Assembly (NCBI GenBank): GCA_052327205.1
Contig: CM126208.1
Span: 273,296,001-273,360,000, forward strand
Direction: 5' to 3'
DNA: 64,000 nt
From: Somniosus microcephalus
Taxonomy: Eukaryota
Each line of letters starts with the position of its first letter. The first letter of the stretch is position 1. The notes under the pieces were generated by a model that saw nothing but the letters and a program-made list of their open reading frames with translations, was not told where the DNA came from and did not search any database. Both the position numbers and the translations under genes were made by a program. Positions 1 through 12,010 of this stretch are shown piece after piece.

Positions 1-496
1 TTGTGCTTCTGGTGCGAAACCCTAAGCAGTTGGACCACCTGCTTGTGGTTTCACTTCCAGTTTCTGAGTGCAAAATGGAGTCAAATCACTGATCTGATTC
101 TGCTCTTATTTTACAACTTTAGTGTTGCAGCAAAGTGGAAAGGTTGGTGCTTGGAACATTGTAATCTGGCTTGCCGTGAACTTGTGTTATAGTAATCAGC
201 TTCAGTTAAATGACAGCAACACAACAAATAAAACCAAAGCATTTGTGGTTAACAAATCACTAATGTGTGAAGCCACATCTGTGGGGTTTGCAGCAGAACT
301 CACCAAACTGAATAATGTCATTGTGAATTAAAATGCATAACTTGTATGTAGGTTGTTTCTGTACAAAGGGGTAAAGTTGGTAAAAATCTTCCTTTGCCTT
401 CACAGTACAACCGTGGAAGGAGTACATTTTTTATACTGTATTTGGTCCGACTGCCTTGAAATTGTGTAGAAGATTTTATTTAAGTATTTGGAGAAA

Positions 497-586
497 ATGG
501 GGACACCTGGAGCTGGAAGGAAACGAACACCTATTAAAGATAGATTCTCAGCTGAAGATGAAGCCTTAAGCCACATTGCCAGAGAG
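497..586 (+). CDS. LRRFIP2: First coding exon of leucine-rich repeat flightless-interacting protein 2 (exon about 406-586, 5'UTR 406-496)
   Basis: Translates to [30 protein letters not shown], matching the vertebrate LRRFIP2 N-terminus as I recall it ([30 protein letters not shown]) better than LRRFIP1. Polypyrimidine tract plus CAG acceptor at 403-405, in-frame TAG at 467-469, Kozak gaaaATGG, phase-0 GT donor at 587. Confidence 0.92.
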
Positions 587-1484
587 GTTGGTTGTAATTT
601 CATTTTGATCTTGTGTTTATATTATGGTAATCTGGGTGTAATGGTTGGTTAGGCTGGGGCATTCTCAGCTCTATTTTGCTGAATTTATAGTTTGAAATTC
701 GCTTCCCCCCCAGGGTTCACAGTATTACGAGCAGAGGCTTGTGGCATATTTTGTATGAAATGTTAGAAAGTGCATTTCTTGTGGTGCAGAATACAGGTTC
801 GGTAATGGAGAGGAATGCTGTGGTAATCTTAACAAACCTAAAAGCACTCTCCGATGTGAGCAAATGTTTATAAATGTGCAAGTAGTAGTGTTTTTATACT
901 TTCTGTCTCCTTTTTGATGGGCACTTGTATAGATTAGTAACAGATGTACCTGTTTGTCTCTAAATTTCCCGGCCAAGTGAAGTACAGGACGCCCTAGATT
1001 ATTTTTCATTCTAACTCACGTAAGGGTTGCACGTTACACTGTCCATGATTTACTAAGTTGCCATCTGATGGATCGTATCTTGCGTCAGACCAAATGGTGT
1101 ACTGCGTTATTTCATGAACTAATGGCTAGTATTCGCTTTTTTTGTCTGCAATTTTTTCAGCACGTTTTGTATTGTGTAATGTGCTGTAAGTTATCAAATT
1201 ACACAGGTACTTGGTGTGGACTGTCATCCTTGGGAGAAATATTCGTCAGTATATATGTTTATGCAAGTAACTTTGTGTTTGTTCCAAAATGAATTAGTTT
1301 GTGGAAACTTTTTTTTAATAAAATAACGCTGTGAAAGCCTTAAATTAGATTTGTTGCAAGTGAGATCCCATTTATTTTAAACTGGTCAGTGACTTTCAAA
1401 TTTGTACTTAGTGATTATTTTTTCAGTGGTTGCTTTAGTTCAAATTCATGTGCAATGGAGAAAGCAGAGTTGCCTCTGCCAGTT

Positions 1485-2820
1485 TTCTTCTCTTCCCCTT
1501 CTCCTGAAGGTGCTGAATCTTCATTCAGGAGCAGTTGCATGCTTGTACTAAAGTACTGACCATCAACTTCCCTTCTTCGACACAATGCTAGCTGACATTG
1601 TAAATGGTGCCCTCACCTCCAGTACTGTCCTTATCACTTTCAAAACCACTGTCATTAGCACCGCCTCAAAAATCCCCCCTTGACTCCTGTGTCCATGGGA
1701 CTACTGCCCGATCTCCAACCTCCCTTTCCTCGGCTTCCAAATCTGTGCCCATCTTTCCCACAAATCCACGTTTTGAATATCTACAATTGGAATTGGTTTC
1801 TGCCTCTGCAACAGCACTGGAATGGACCTCGTCAAAGTCACAAATTACATCTTTTGTAACTGTGGTGCATAATGCCTCCTCATCCTCCTTTGCTTCCCTG
1901 CAGCCTTTGACACAGTTAACCGCACCATCCTCTTCCAGCCCCCCTCTTTTGTCCAGCTCACTGAGACTGTTCTCACTTGGTTCCACTCTTGCCTAGCCGA
2001 TCATAGCCAGAGCATCTCTAGCAATGGCTTCCCGTCCTGCCCCCGCACCATTATCTCCAGAGTACCCCAAGGATTTATCCTCCTCCTTCTTCATCTACAG
2101 GCTGCCCCTTGGCAACATCATCCATCGACATGGGGTCAGCTTCCACGTGTAGGCTGACAACACCGAGTCGCACCTCTCCATCACGCCTCTCGAACCATCC
2201 ACTACCTCTTGGGTTTTCAGACTGATTGTCCGACATCCAGTCTTGGATGAACAGTGATTTTTCTCCAATTAAATGTTGGTAAAACTGAAGCTATCATCAT
2301 TTGTCCCCACCACAAACTTTGTACCTTGCTCCTGATTCCATTTCTCCAACCCCCCCCCCCCCACCCGCCTGGCAGTTGTCTCCTTTTGGCTTGGCATCTG
2401 TTTATTTCTAATGATGCCTCTCTGAAGAGCCTTGGGCTGTTATTCTATGTTAAAGATGCTATATAAATGCAAGTTGTTGTTGCCAAGCTCCCTGTGGTAC
2501 CGTACCCAGGTAATAACTGTTCATGTGTGTACCTAAGTATTCAATGTTGACAGGATAGACAACTGCGTAGTGGGGGGTGACGCCGCAGCTCATCGGAATC
2601 CTGTCCTCACCCATTTTCTAAACACGCACTTCTAGTAGAGGTTGCTGGATAACAATCAGGATTGGAACACTAGCTGATTTTGTTTGTCCATTCCCTAATC
2701 CCGATTTACTGAGGTCACTACGCCACTGCCCTGACTAAGATTAGCCCTACTTTAGCACAGACTGGAGATCAAATCTGGGACTTAACTGGTCTGTGGCGTT
2801 CAGCTGCTCACAGCCTGAAT
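1485..2820 (-). mobile_element. Ancient tRNA-derived SINE-like repeat split by an L2 insertion
   Basis: Similar degenerate motifs (ctcctgaagg..., gcacagactgg...ctgggac...ctggtctgt) recur at about 14180-14500, 23590-23810/25110-25200, 43140-43490 and 61080-61450. Confidence 0.45.
1590..2481 (+). mobile_element. Degenerate L2 LINE fragment (RT region and 3' tail)
   Basis: Decayed RT motifs (gcagcctttgacacagtt, gtaccccaagga, gctgacaacacc) and the L2-type 3' end gctatataaatgcaagttgttgttg. Confidence 0.75.
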
Positions 2821-3257
2821 CATCTGGACTCTGGATTTTTTCAGCGACAGTCACATAAACTGCTAAATATTTTAAGAAAAACTGGCAGCTGTGGACATCA
2901 AAACTGAAGGAGAAACTCTGGAGGAGGCGTGAAGCTATTTAAAAAAAAAAAAAGTAATTGCATCTGAAACTTGCAGTGCAAAATACGGTTCAAACTCATG
3001 GTACATGGGTTCTAAATGGTAAACGTTTGGAGACTCTACCTGTAGAACGGAGTCTTGCTCACAAGGGAGCATGAATTGGAGAATTAGGAGCAGAGGCCAG
3101 CATGCCCAGTTTGCAGAACTTCAGATTCTCCAACTTACGCTCCCATTAAGTGAGATTCTGCCGGGGGCAGAGTCTGTGAAAGTTTCTTTGCAAATATCCT
3201 TAAATTGACCCCGTGGTCCAGGTTAGTTACATCATTGAGTAAGAAAGGACTTGCATT

Positions 3258-3502
3258 CTGCCTTTTGTCTCCACGGGCCTATTACCATCTCGTCCGGCTT
3301 CGAATACCTTTTATTGTCTCTTTTGTTCGATCACAGCCTTGCCTTCGATCTATTTTCTTTTCTTTCCAGTTTTGAAGAAGGGTTTCGACCCGAAACGTCA
3401 ACTCAAATTTCTCTCCACGGATGTTGCCTGACCTGCTGAGTTTTTCCAGCATTTTCTGTTGTTATTTTGGATTTCCAGCATCTGCAGTATTTTGCTATCG
3501 CC
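3258..3502 (+). mobile_element. Penelope-like pseudo-LTR fragment containing a hammerhead motif
   Basis: Penelope terminal repeat (ctgacctgctgagtttttccagcattttctg...gcagtattttgct) flanked by direct repeat cttgcatt at 3250-3257 and 3503-3510. Confidence 0.75.
3368..3403 (+). ncRNA. Minimal type I hammerhead ribozyme motif with a mutated core (C3 to U)
   Basis: agtt-[t]TGAAGA-a-GGGT-ttcg-ACCC-GAAA-c-GTC-aact: stem I agtt/aact, stem II with UUCG loop, palindromic ACGT stem III, GUC triplet. Confidence 0.7.
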
Positions 3503-4147
3503 CTTGCATTTTATATCGTGCCTTTCATGTCCTCAGGGTGTCCCAAAGCATTTCACAACCAATTACAGGAAACCCTCGTTTAAACGGCACCTAAATATCC
3601 GGAATCCGGCAAAATTCATACTCCGAAAACACCTCAACAACCGGCAATGTTGCCGAGTCTGAGTCTCCCGCGGTGGCTGAGTTAGTCAGTGGGGGTAGTT
3701 CTCCAAACTGCCACTACTCGGCTTCTTGGCGCTGTCGGAAGTCCAAACACCTCAATAACAGGAGTCTGACTCTTTGTTAAAAATAGCCTCGGTAGATAAC
3801 CCTCTCCGTCATCTGGAATTTTTAATCAACCGGCAACACGCCGGTCCCGTTGGTGCCGGCTACCACAAAAAAGACAGCCAATTTTGTAATCGCAGAGTTC
3901 CACAAACAGCAGTGAGGTAGATATTTTAGTGATGGTTGACTCCAGGAGAACTGCCCTGCTAATCTTCAAATAGTGCCACGGGATCGTTCATGTCCACCTG
4001 AGCAGGCAGACAGGGCTTCGGGTTAATGTCTCGACCAAAAGGTGGCACTTCAGAGAGTGTTGGCTGTGTTTGCGCGTTCACTCCCTGGAGTGGGGCTTCA
4101 ACCCATGACCTTGTGACTCCGAGGCGAGAGTACGACTACTTCGCTAA
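3503..4147 (-). mobile_element. DeuSINE (SacSINE1-like), interrupted by a MITE
   Basis: Reverse-complement Deu-domain-like sequence (caaatagtgccacgggatc...tccacctgagcaggcagacaggg...aatgtctcgacc), tRNA-like head near 4090-4147, L2-type tail near 3503. Confidence 0.75.
3566..3859 (+). mobile_element. Tigger/pogo-like MITE, family A (right TIR lost)
   Basis: TA-CAGGAAACCCTCG left end and subterminal ccggtcccgttggtgccgg. Near-identical internal sequence at 61703-61925. Confidence 0.7.
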
Positions 4148-4887
4148 GAGTGACACTTGGAGTAGCCACCGAAAGCTTCGAAATAACAGAAAATGGGAAG
4201 TAGAAGAAGAGTGTTTTGTACTTGAGCACTGTCACAAGAGGCTGTTTAAACAAGAGTGTTGTAATGTGTGGCAAGATGTTGTGGTTGTGCACACTTCCAT
4301 TTGTGTGTTCAGTGGATAAGTATGAAGTTGCAAGAAATTTATTTTAAATTTACTGGAATATCTGGTTTATACTAAAGCTCACATTACATAGTTAATTTAA
4401 CAAATACAATTTTTTAATATGAGAAATATTTAAAATGAATAAGACACTGGAGAAAAAAATTCCAGTGAAAAAGAATGTTCCCGTGCAGAAACATGTTATT
4501 CAGCTGTCAGATTGGCCCATAGTTTTCTTTGCATTACTCACCTAGTCTAGTTCTCTAAAGTGGCAAGTGATAACGTTCGGAGTGTATGTATTGGGACAAA
4601 CATTAATTTTGTAACAAATACTTCCCTAGCCAATGCTAAAAGCACCTATTTGCACTTCTGAAACATCACCTGCTTTGATTTTATCTTACATCGTTGCCAC
4701 TGAAACTCTTCGTTATGCCATAATTCCCTGCAGAGTCCAGTAGTGGCTTCACTGGCCTCCTGAGTTTCTCCATTCATAAACTGCAAATTGTCCAAAACTT
4801 AGCTGACTGCATTCTGCCCCACACTAAGTCCCTACTTAGTCATCATCCCTCTCTTCACCAACCTCTGTTGGCTCTCTTCACCCTACA

Positions 4888-5750
4888 CATCATACAATTA
4901 CATAGAATCCTGTATACAGAAACAGGCCACTCAGCCCAACCAGTCCATGCCGGTGTTTATGCTCCACTCGAGCCTCCTTCCCATCCTTCTTCATCTCACC
5001 CTATCAGCATAACCCTCTATTCCCTTCTCCCTCATATGGGTATCTAGCTTCCCCTTAAATCCATCTATACTATTCGCCTCAACAGCTCCCCGTGGCAACG
5101 AGTTCCACATTCTCACCACTCTCGGGGTAAAAAAAAAAGTTTGTCTGAATTCCCTATTTGATTTCTTGGTGACTATCTTGTATTGATGGCCTCCAGTTTT
5201 GCTCTTCCCCCACAAATGGAAACACTCTAAAATGATGAAAGGTTTTGATAGAGTACATATAAAGACCTCCATTAGGTCACTCTTCAGCCTTCTCTGTTCA
5301 AGAGAGAAGAGACCCAGCCTGTTGACACTTTCCCAGTGGATATAACCTTGCATTTCTGGTATCATCGTTGCAAATCTATTTTGCACCCTCGCCAGTGTAC
5401 CTCTATCCTTTTCATAATATGGCGACCAGCACTGCACACAGTATTCCCAGTGTGGTCTAACCAAGGTTTATAATATGGCGACCAGCACTGTACACAGTAT
5501 TCCCAGTGTGGTCTAACCAAGGTTTATAATATGGCGACCAGCACTGCACACAGTATTCCCAGTGTGGTCTAACCAAGGTTTATAATATGGCGACCAGCAC
5601 TGTACACAGTATTCCCAGTGTGGTCTAACCAAGGTTTATAATATGGCGACCAGCACTGTACACAGTATTCCCAGTGTGGTCTAACCAAGGTTTGATACAA
5701 GTTTAGCATAACTTTACTACTTTGCAATTCTATCCCTGTAGAACTGAACC
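4888..5750 (-). mobile_element. CR1 LINE 3' fragment
   Basis: ORF 4991-5464 VRPHWEYCVQCWSPY...VVRMWNSLP, with a CR1 3' tail. Confidence 0.9.
5414..5693. repeat. Five tandem copies of a 56-bp unit derived from CR1 ORF2
   Basis: Unit ataatatggcgaccagcactgYacacagtattcccagtgtggtctaaccaaggttt starts at 5414, 5470, 5526, 5582 and 5638. Confidence 0.95.
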
Positions 5751-5939
5751 TTTTTGGTTGGTTTCAAATTCAAACGCCATGTACTCATCTACAAGTCCTT
5801 CCATGGCCTTCCTCGTTCTTACCTTTGTCGCCTCCTCTAGCACAGCATGCCTCCCCGTGACATCTGGTATTCTGACTCTGGCTTCCTTTGCATTTTCCAC
5901 CCAACCCCATCCCTCACATTAGCTGGATATTTTTCTATT

Positions 5940-7700
5940 CATTCACGGGAAGTGGGCGCAGGCATTTATTGCCCATCCCTCATTGCCCTTGAAGGTGAAG
6001 GTGGTGGTGAGCCGCCTTTTTGAACTGCTACAGGCCGTGTGGTGAAGGTACTCCCACAATGCTATTTGGGAGGGAGTTCCAGGATTGTGACCCAGTGACA
6101 ATGAAGGATCGGCGATATATTTCCAAGTCAGGTTGGTGTGTGACTTAGAGAGGAACTTGGAGGTGGTGGTGTTCCCATGAGCCTGCTGCCCTTGTCCTTT
6201 TAGGTGGCAGAGATCGCGGGTTTGGGAGGTGCTGTCGAAGAAGCCATGGCGAGTTGCTGCAGTGCATCTTGTAGATGGCACAAACTGCAGCCACGGTGCG
6301 CCAGTGGTGGAGGGAGTGAATGTTTTAGGTGGTGGATAGGGTGCCAATCAAGCGGGCTGCTTTGTCCTGGATGGTGTCGAGCTTCTTGAGTGTTGTTGGA
6401 GCTGCACTCATCCAGGCAAGTGGAGAGTATTCCATCACACTCCTGACTTGTGCCTTGTAGATGCTGGAAAGGCTTTGGGGAGTCAGGAGGTGAGACACTC
6501 GCCGCAGAATATCCAGCCTCTGATTTGCTCTTGTAGCCACAGTATTTGTGGCTGGTCCAATTAAGTTTATGGTCATTGGTGACCCCCAGGATGTTGATGG
6601 TGGGGAATTTGGCAATGGTAATGCCATTGAATGTCAAGGGGAGGTGGTCAGACTTCCTCTTGTTGGAGATGGTTATTGCCTGGCACTTGTGTGGCACAAC
6701 TGTCACTTGACACTTATCAGCCCAAGCCTGAATGTTGTCAAAGTGTTTCTGCATGTGGACGAGGAGTTGCGAATTTAACTGAACATTGTGCTATCATCAA
6801 ACATCCTCGCTTCTGATCTTGTGATGGAGGGAAGGTCATTGATGAAGCAGCTGAAGATGGTTGGGCCGAGGAACTCCTGCAGCGATGTCCTGGGGCTGAG
6901 ATGATTGGCTTCCAATAACGACAACCATCTTCCTTTGTGCTAGGTATGACACTAGCCAGTGGAGAGTTTTCCCATTGACTTGAATTTTACTGGGGCTGCT
7001 TGATGTCACACTCGGTCAAATGCTGCCTTGATGTCAAGAGCAGTCACTCTCCCCTCACCTCTGAAATTCAGCTCTTTTTGTCCATGTTTGGACCAAGGCT
7101 GTAATGAGGTCTGGAGCCGAGTGGTCCTGGCGGAACCCAAACTGAGCATTAGTGAGCTGGTTATTGGTGAGTAAGTGCCGCTTGACAGCCCTGTCGATGA
7201 CCCATTCCACTGCTATGCTGATGATTGATTGAGAGTTGGCTGATGGGGCGGTAATTGGCTAGATTGGATTTGTCCTGTTTTTTGTAAACCGGACACAACT
7301 GGGCAATTTCCCACTTTGTCGGGTTGCTGCCAGTGTTGTCGCTGTACTGGTTAGAGGCATGGCTAGTTCTGGAGCACAAGACTTCAACACTACAGCCAGG
7401 ATGTTGTTGGGGCCCGTAGCCTTTGCTGTATCCCGTGCGCTCAGTCGTTTCTTTATCATGTGGAGTGATTCCAATTGGCTGAAGACTGGCTTCTGCGATG
7501 GTGGGGACCTCGGTATGAGGCCAAGATGGATCATCCACACGCGACAATTCTGGCTGAAGCTGGGTGCAAATGCTTCAGCCTTGTCTTTTGCACTCGTGCT
7601 GGGCTCCGCCATCATTGGGGATGTTCATGGAGCCGCCTTTTCCCGTTAGTTGTTTACTTGTCCGCCATTCACGACTGGATGTGGCAGGACTGCAGAACTG
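5940..7700 (-). mobile_element. CR1-group (Daphne/Crack/L2B-like) LINE, 5'-truncated
   Basis: RT-related peptides KATGPNNILAVVLKSCAPELA, NYRPISQLS and IYKAQVRSVMEYSPLAW. The same family occurs at 20925-21530 and 47806-48757. Exact clade is uncertain. Confidence 0.8.
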
Positions 7701-10384
7701 TGATCTGATCTGCTGGTTATGGTGAAAAGCTTTTGAGAACAGGTAATTAAAGATTTGACATGGCTGAAGGCAGCAATGAAGTAAATCAACCAAGTTCTTC
7801 AATTTAAACTGTGAGTGCAAAGATTTAGGGTGGAGGAGATTAGAAGAGAAGTATCCCCATCCCCAGGGTTTGGTATTTATGTGGATGGGACGCTCACCAA
7901 AACTAGGTAAAAGCTGTATACTTTAAGAAGACGCTGGCTGAATATGTGGTCATGAAAAACCTTGACGATTATAGGTATGAGAATGGACGCAGATCAGGGG
8001 TGTCCTAGCTTTTTGTCTTTGTGTGCCACAGGTACATGGAGCCTGGTGGGCCAAATATCCAATTGAAATCTGCTCCCAGAAATCCCCAGTTGCTGATGCT
8101 AAACAGAGCTTGGTGTTCTGATTGAGGGCTTATCCAACAATGAGGCAATTGCAGTAAGAACAGTCCTTTTCAAACATTTAAACCCACGCTTGGATAAACG
8201 AGAGAACAAGAAATAGAAACACAGCTAGGATTGGGTTCTCTGAGCTTTGAGGGCTGGAAATAGTCCCTGGCCATGTTTTGGGCACATTTGGCTTGGGTGA
8301 TCAAATACCTGAGAGCGTGGCAGGCCTGTTGAGATACTCGAGATTTTCTTGTTGGGGTTAGGTAAAAATTTCAGAATTTCCTCCTGCCTGTTTCCTATGT
8401 TCATCTTGTTCAGAAAATTACGGAATCCTGATTGTGCAGACCAGTGGTGTCTAGTCTTCTGTCTTTTTGGGTCACGTAGATGCATGTTGTGGAGCCTCAG
8501 GACCACACAAAGTTTAAATTCCTCTTCCTCTTGGCTTGTGTACATATTTCAAGCTGCGGATACCAATAGGTCTTGGTGTTCGAAATTAGGTTTCATTAAT
8601 CACTGAGGCAACAGCACAAAAAACCGCCCTTTCCAAACCCCTTGACCCACAGAATTTAAGCAGGACAAACCAGTCAGTAAGAACTATTAAGGGCCGAGTT
8701 GCTTGGGGTTTGAGTTGCATGTGATTGCAGATTGGTCACAGTTGGTGTGTACAGAGTTAGCAATCTTGTCTTTTTGCGACCTTTAAACGAGGTTTGAGTC
8801 CAGCTCAGGAGTGAGCAGCTATTTGGGCTGGAGGGCCACTTGTCAAGTTTTGGTGAGCTGTCTAGGGCTGCACACTGCTTTTCCCGTACTAAAGCCAGTG
8901 AGTGGCCTGCGCGGGTCCTTCACATGTGGCCGCGCAGCTGACCGGGAACGTTGCCGCACGCGCGCACACAATGAATTGTGTTAACAACGGCTACCATTAA
9001 AATTTGTTATGGCATTTATTGTATAAAGAACACTTCATGTCGTTTCCACACTTGTTAATAAGTCTTGTTATTTTTATTAAGACTTATTAACACGCTAACC
9101 AACATGATACAGGTTTGCCCAAAACTTACCTTAGCCATTGATGATCTTATCACATAATTAAAACTGGTTACTCGACAATTGCTGTAAAATTTTGTAAAAG
9201 AAAAACTTTAAGCAGTTATAAACTTTCAGAAGATACCATTTTAACAATTACAGAAGAAACGGATCATCTAACAATCGAATATCTATATCATAATTTTATT
9301 TCAAAAAATTATTTTTGTCCTGGCTTTTTTTTTTTGAGTAGTGTGTATAGAAGTGATTGCATAATAGTTAAAACTATAATCTCACGCTTGTATATTGACA
9401 ATTGGATTAAAGAAAAACGAAGAAGCTCATTCAATGGGAAGAATGAAGCTTCTGTTGTGCATTAACCAGAGAATTGAAGTCTGGCATCTTCTCGGTTGTA
9501 ATGTCTCAAATTCGCAGGGGAGACTAATGCAGGCAAAACCAACTCGTTGGAAACTACAGATGGAAGAAACCAAACACGTTGACTCCAAGGGGACCGCGGA
9601 CCCCCAGTTCAGGGCACACGTGTCCCAGAAGCAGCCGATCAAGACAGCAGAGCAAAAGTCGTGTTTTTTTTTCTGGTGCTTTTGAGAAGCAGCTGGTGGA
9701 TCGGATACGGTGTGGGCTGTATTGTGCCCGCCGCTGGTCTCGCCGATTGGATGAAAGACTCCCCATGTTGGCAGAATCCTTTCTCGATATTTCTCCCTGA
9801 CTGACCTCCCATTCTCCGCTTTCAATAAACTCCAAATTGTTCGAAACTTAGCTGTATGTATCTTGACCTACTTATCTGTCAAGCCCTTCTTTGCTGCCCT
9901 ACATTGGTTCTGTGACTTTCATGTTTAAACTTATCATCTTGAAATCCTGCCAAGACCACACTGCAACCATCCTTAAATGCCCCCCCACACCATTCGGTCC
10001 TGCTACTCTGGCTTTTTGTGGATTCTCCCCTTCCCTCTATCCCATCGCTGGTGGCCGAGTCTTCAGCCATCTTCTGTCTGAATTCTCTCCCAAAAACCCT
10101 CTGCCTCTCTTTTTTTTTAAAACCTAAAAACCCATTTTCCCAACTAAGCTTTCAGTCCCCTTTCTACTCTTGCACCATGGCTAAGTGGCATCTGCTACTT
10201 TTTGTGCATTTTCCCCAAACCATGTTAAATACTGATGGGGAGGTGAAAATTTGTGTTCGCCAGCAGTTAACATTTTTCAGCCCTTTCTGCCTTTTAAAAA
10301 AATATTCAACATTTAGAAGACGTTCCAAATGTGAATATTCAGCTGTTAAAGCTGAATTACCTTCCTAACCTCAACAAATGGAAA

Positions 10385-10700
10385 AATTGCCTCAGCACCG
10401 ACACAAATGGCTCAGCAAACCAGGGAAGGGCACCCAGGCTCTCTCACGCAGCACTACAGCTTTGTGCATGGGGTCAACACTGCAAGAGCAGGAGGCTCCC
10501 CAGAAAGGATGATGTGGGAGTACATCACTAAGTCCGTCACTGCCAGCAGTGTCACTCCCACCACCTGGCTCCAGTGTCAAAAGAAGCTTCATGACCTCCA
10601 GACTAGTGGACAAAGTCCGTGAATGCATCTTCAAAAGCCGTCTCCTACCAACTGCACCACTAGCCTCACGCATTACTCAATGCACAACCCTCACTCACTT
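10385..10700 (+). mobile_element. PIF/Harbinger Myb/SANT-like ORF remnant; further remnants probably at 12010-13000
   Basis: WEYITKSVTASSVTPTTWLQCQKKLHDL resembles the trihelix/Myb-SANT motif W..I...V...S...RTW.QC.KK..DL of Harbinger accessory proteins. Confidence 0.6.
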
Positions 10701-10719
10701 ACCAACAATCTGCGCCAAT

Positions 10720-12010
10720 GACCAATGAAAGGGAAATCGTGTTTGACAAATCTGTTTTTTGAGGTTGTAACTGGCAGAATAGATAAGGGGGAAGCAGTGG
10801 ATGTGGTGTATTTGGATTTTCAGAAGGCGTTCCATAAGGTGCCACACGAGGATATTAAGCAAAACTAGGGCTCATGGGATTGGGGGTAATATACTAGCGT
10901 GGATTGAGGATTGGTTAACAGACAGAAAACGGAGAGTAGGAATAAACTGGTCATTTTCGGGTTGGCAGGCTGTAACTAGTCGGGTACCGCAAGGATCAGT
11001 GCTTGGGCATCAGCTAGTTTCAATCTACATCAATGATTTGAATGAGGGGACTAAATGTAATATATCCAAATTTGCTGATACAAAGCTGGGTGGGCATGTA
11101 AGTTGTGAGGAGTCTTCAAGGGGATATAGACAGGCTAAATGAGTGGTCAAGAACATGGCAAATGGAATATAAGGTGGAGAAATGTGAAATTATCCACTAA
11201 CAATGACAATAAAAGTTGATTTGATTTGGTAGGAAAAATAGAGAAGTAGTGTATTTTCTAAATGGTAAGAGATTGGGAAATGTTGGTGTTCAGAGGGACC
11301 TGGGTGTCCTTGTACACGAATCACTGAAAGTTAACATACAGGTATAACAAGCAATTAGGAAAGCAAATGATATGTTGGCCTTTATTACAAGAGGATTTGA
11401 GTATAAGAGTAAAGACGTTTTACTGCAATTATGTAGGGCCCTGGTGAGACCACACCCGGAGTATTGTGTACAATTTTGGATTCCTTACCTAAGGAGGGAT
11501 ATACTTGCCATAGAGGGAGTGCAACGAAGGTTCACCAGACTGATTCCTGGGATGGGGTATTGTCCTATGAGGAGAGATTGAGTAGACTAGGCCTATATTC
11601 TCTCGAGTTTAGAAGAATGAGAGGTGATTTCATTGAAACATACAAAATTCTTACAGGGCTTGACAGGGTAGATGCAGGGAGGATGTTTCCCCTGGCTGGG
11701 GAGTCTAGAACCAGGGGTCACAGTCTCAGAATAAGGGGTCAGTCATTTAGGACTGAGATGAGGAGGAATTTCTTCACTCGGAGGGTGGTGAATCTTTGGA
11801 ATTCTCTACCCCAGAGGGCTGTGGAGGCTCAGTCGTTGAGTATATTCAAGACAGAGATCGATAGATTTTTGAATATTAAGGGAATCAAGGGATATGGGAA
11901 TCGTGCTGGAAGGTGGAGATGAGGTAGAAGATCAGCCATGATCTTATTGAATGGCGGAGCAGGCTCGAAGGGCCAAATGGCCTACTCCTCCTATTTTTAT
12001 GTTCTTATGA
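10720..12010 (+). mobile_element. CR1 LINE (HER1-like) 3' portion
   Basis: VPQGSVLG, KFAD, ALVRPHPEYCVQFW, and tail gatcagccatgatc...gaatggcggagcaggctcgaagggcc...ttatgttcttatg. Confidence 0.92.

Noticed and set aside
400-603. Minus-strand 67-aa ORF
   Set aside because: Antisense shadow of the LRRFIP2 exon.
5414-5693. CRISPR-like array
   Set aside because: No unique spacers, the unit is CR1 coding sequence, and the DNA is from a vertebrate.
10407-10622. Domesticated MSANTD/NAIF1-like gene
   Set aside because: Short and decayed, with a CR1 inserted just downstream; more consistent with a Harbinger remnant.
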